This document shows, piece by piece, positions 63,997 through 64,000 of a stretch of DNA of 64,000 nt. Numbering within the stretch: position 1 is the stretch's first letter; the number at the start of each line of letters is the position of its first letter. The notes beneath the pieces are model-generated. The model ran no database searches. It was not told the origin of the DNA and saw only the letters and a program-made list of their open reading frames with translations. The stretch lies in sequence record MN850614.1; one strand, 5' to 3'. The position numbers and the translations under genes were made by a program. Source of the DNA: Escherichia phage adrianh.

Positions 63997-64000
63997 ATGC

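Overview
This window reads as a contiguous piece of a large virulent tailed-phage genome (AT-rich, densely coded, no integrase or host housekeeping genes seen). All calls are from reading the sequence and motif recognition; no searches or folding programs were run. Layout: (1) 1-12.3 kb, mostly minus strand: tail-fibre C-terminus, thymidylate synthase, DHFR, ATP-dependent DNA ligase, an HNH endonuclease and a family-A DNA polymerase. (2) 12.5-42.4 kb, plus strand: dNMP kinase, primase-helicase, SSB-like protein, flap endonuclease, HNH and GIY-YIG endonucleases, aerobic (NrdA/NrdB/glutaredoxin) and anaerobic (NrdD/NrdG) ribonucleotide reductases, a PRPP-synthetase-like plus NAMPT-like pair resembling a phage NAD+ reconstitution pathway, rIIA/rIIB-like proteins, a lytic transglycosylase with overlapping spanin-like pair, and a macro-domain protein. 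(3) 42.4-49.2 kb: about 14 small ORFs, most preceded by one of two conserved hairpin-bearing cassettes. (4) 49.2-50.85 kb: a 1.6-kb ORF-free region packed with short direct repeats. (5) 50.9-58.1 kb, minus strand: tightly coupled ORFs of unknown function, a GH24 lysozyme and an Ig-like paralog pair. (6) 58.3-64.0 kb: a Ro60/TROVE-like vWA protein followed by a tRNA cluster (about 19 tRNAs) interleaved with a family of conserved stem-enclosed RNA elements, one carrying a tRNA-mimic domain. The most interesting candidate is this Ro60-like gene plus Y-RNA-like elements; next are the NAD+ reconstitution pair, the cassette-driven small-gene array and the repeat-dense non-coding region.
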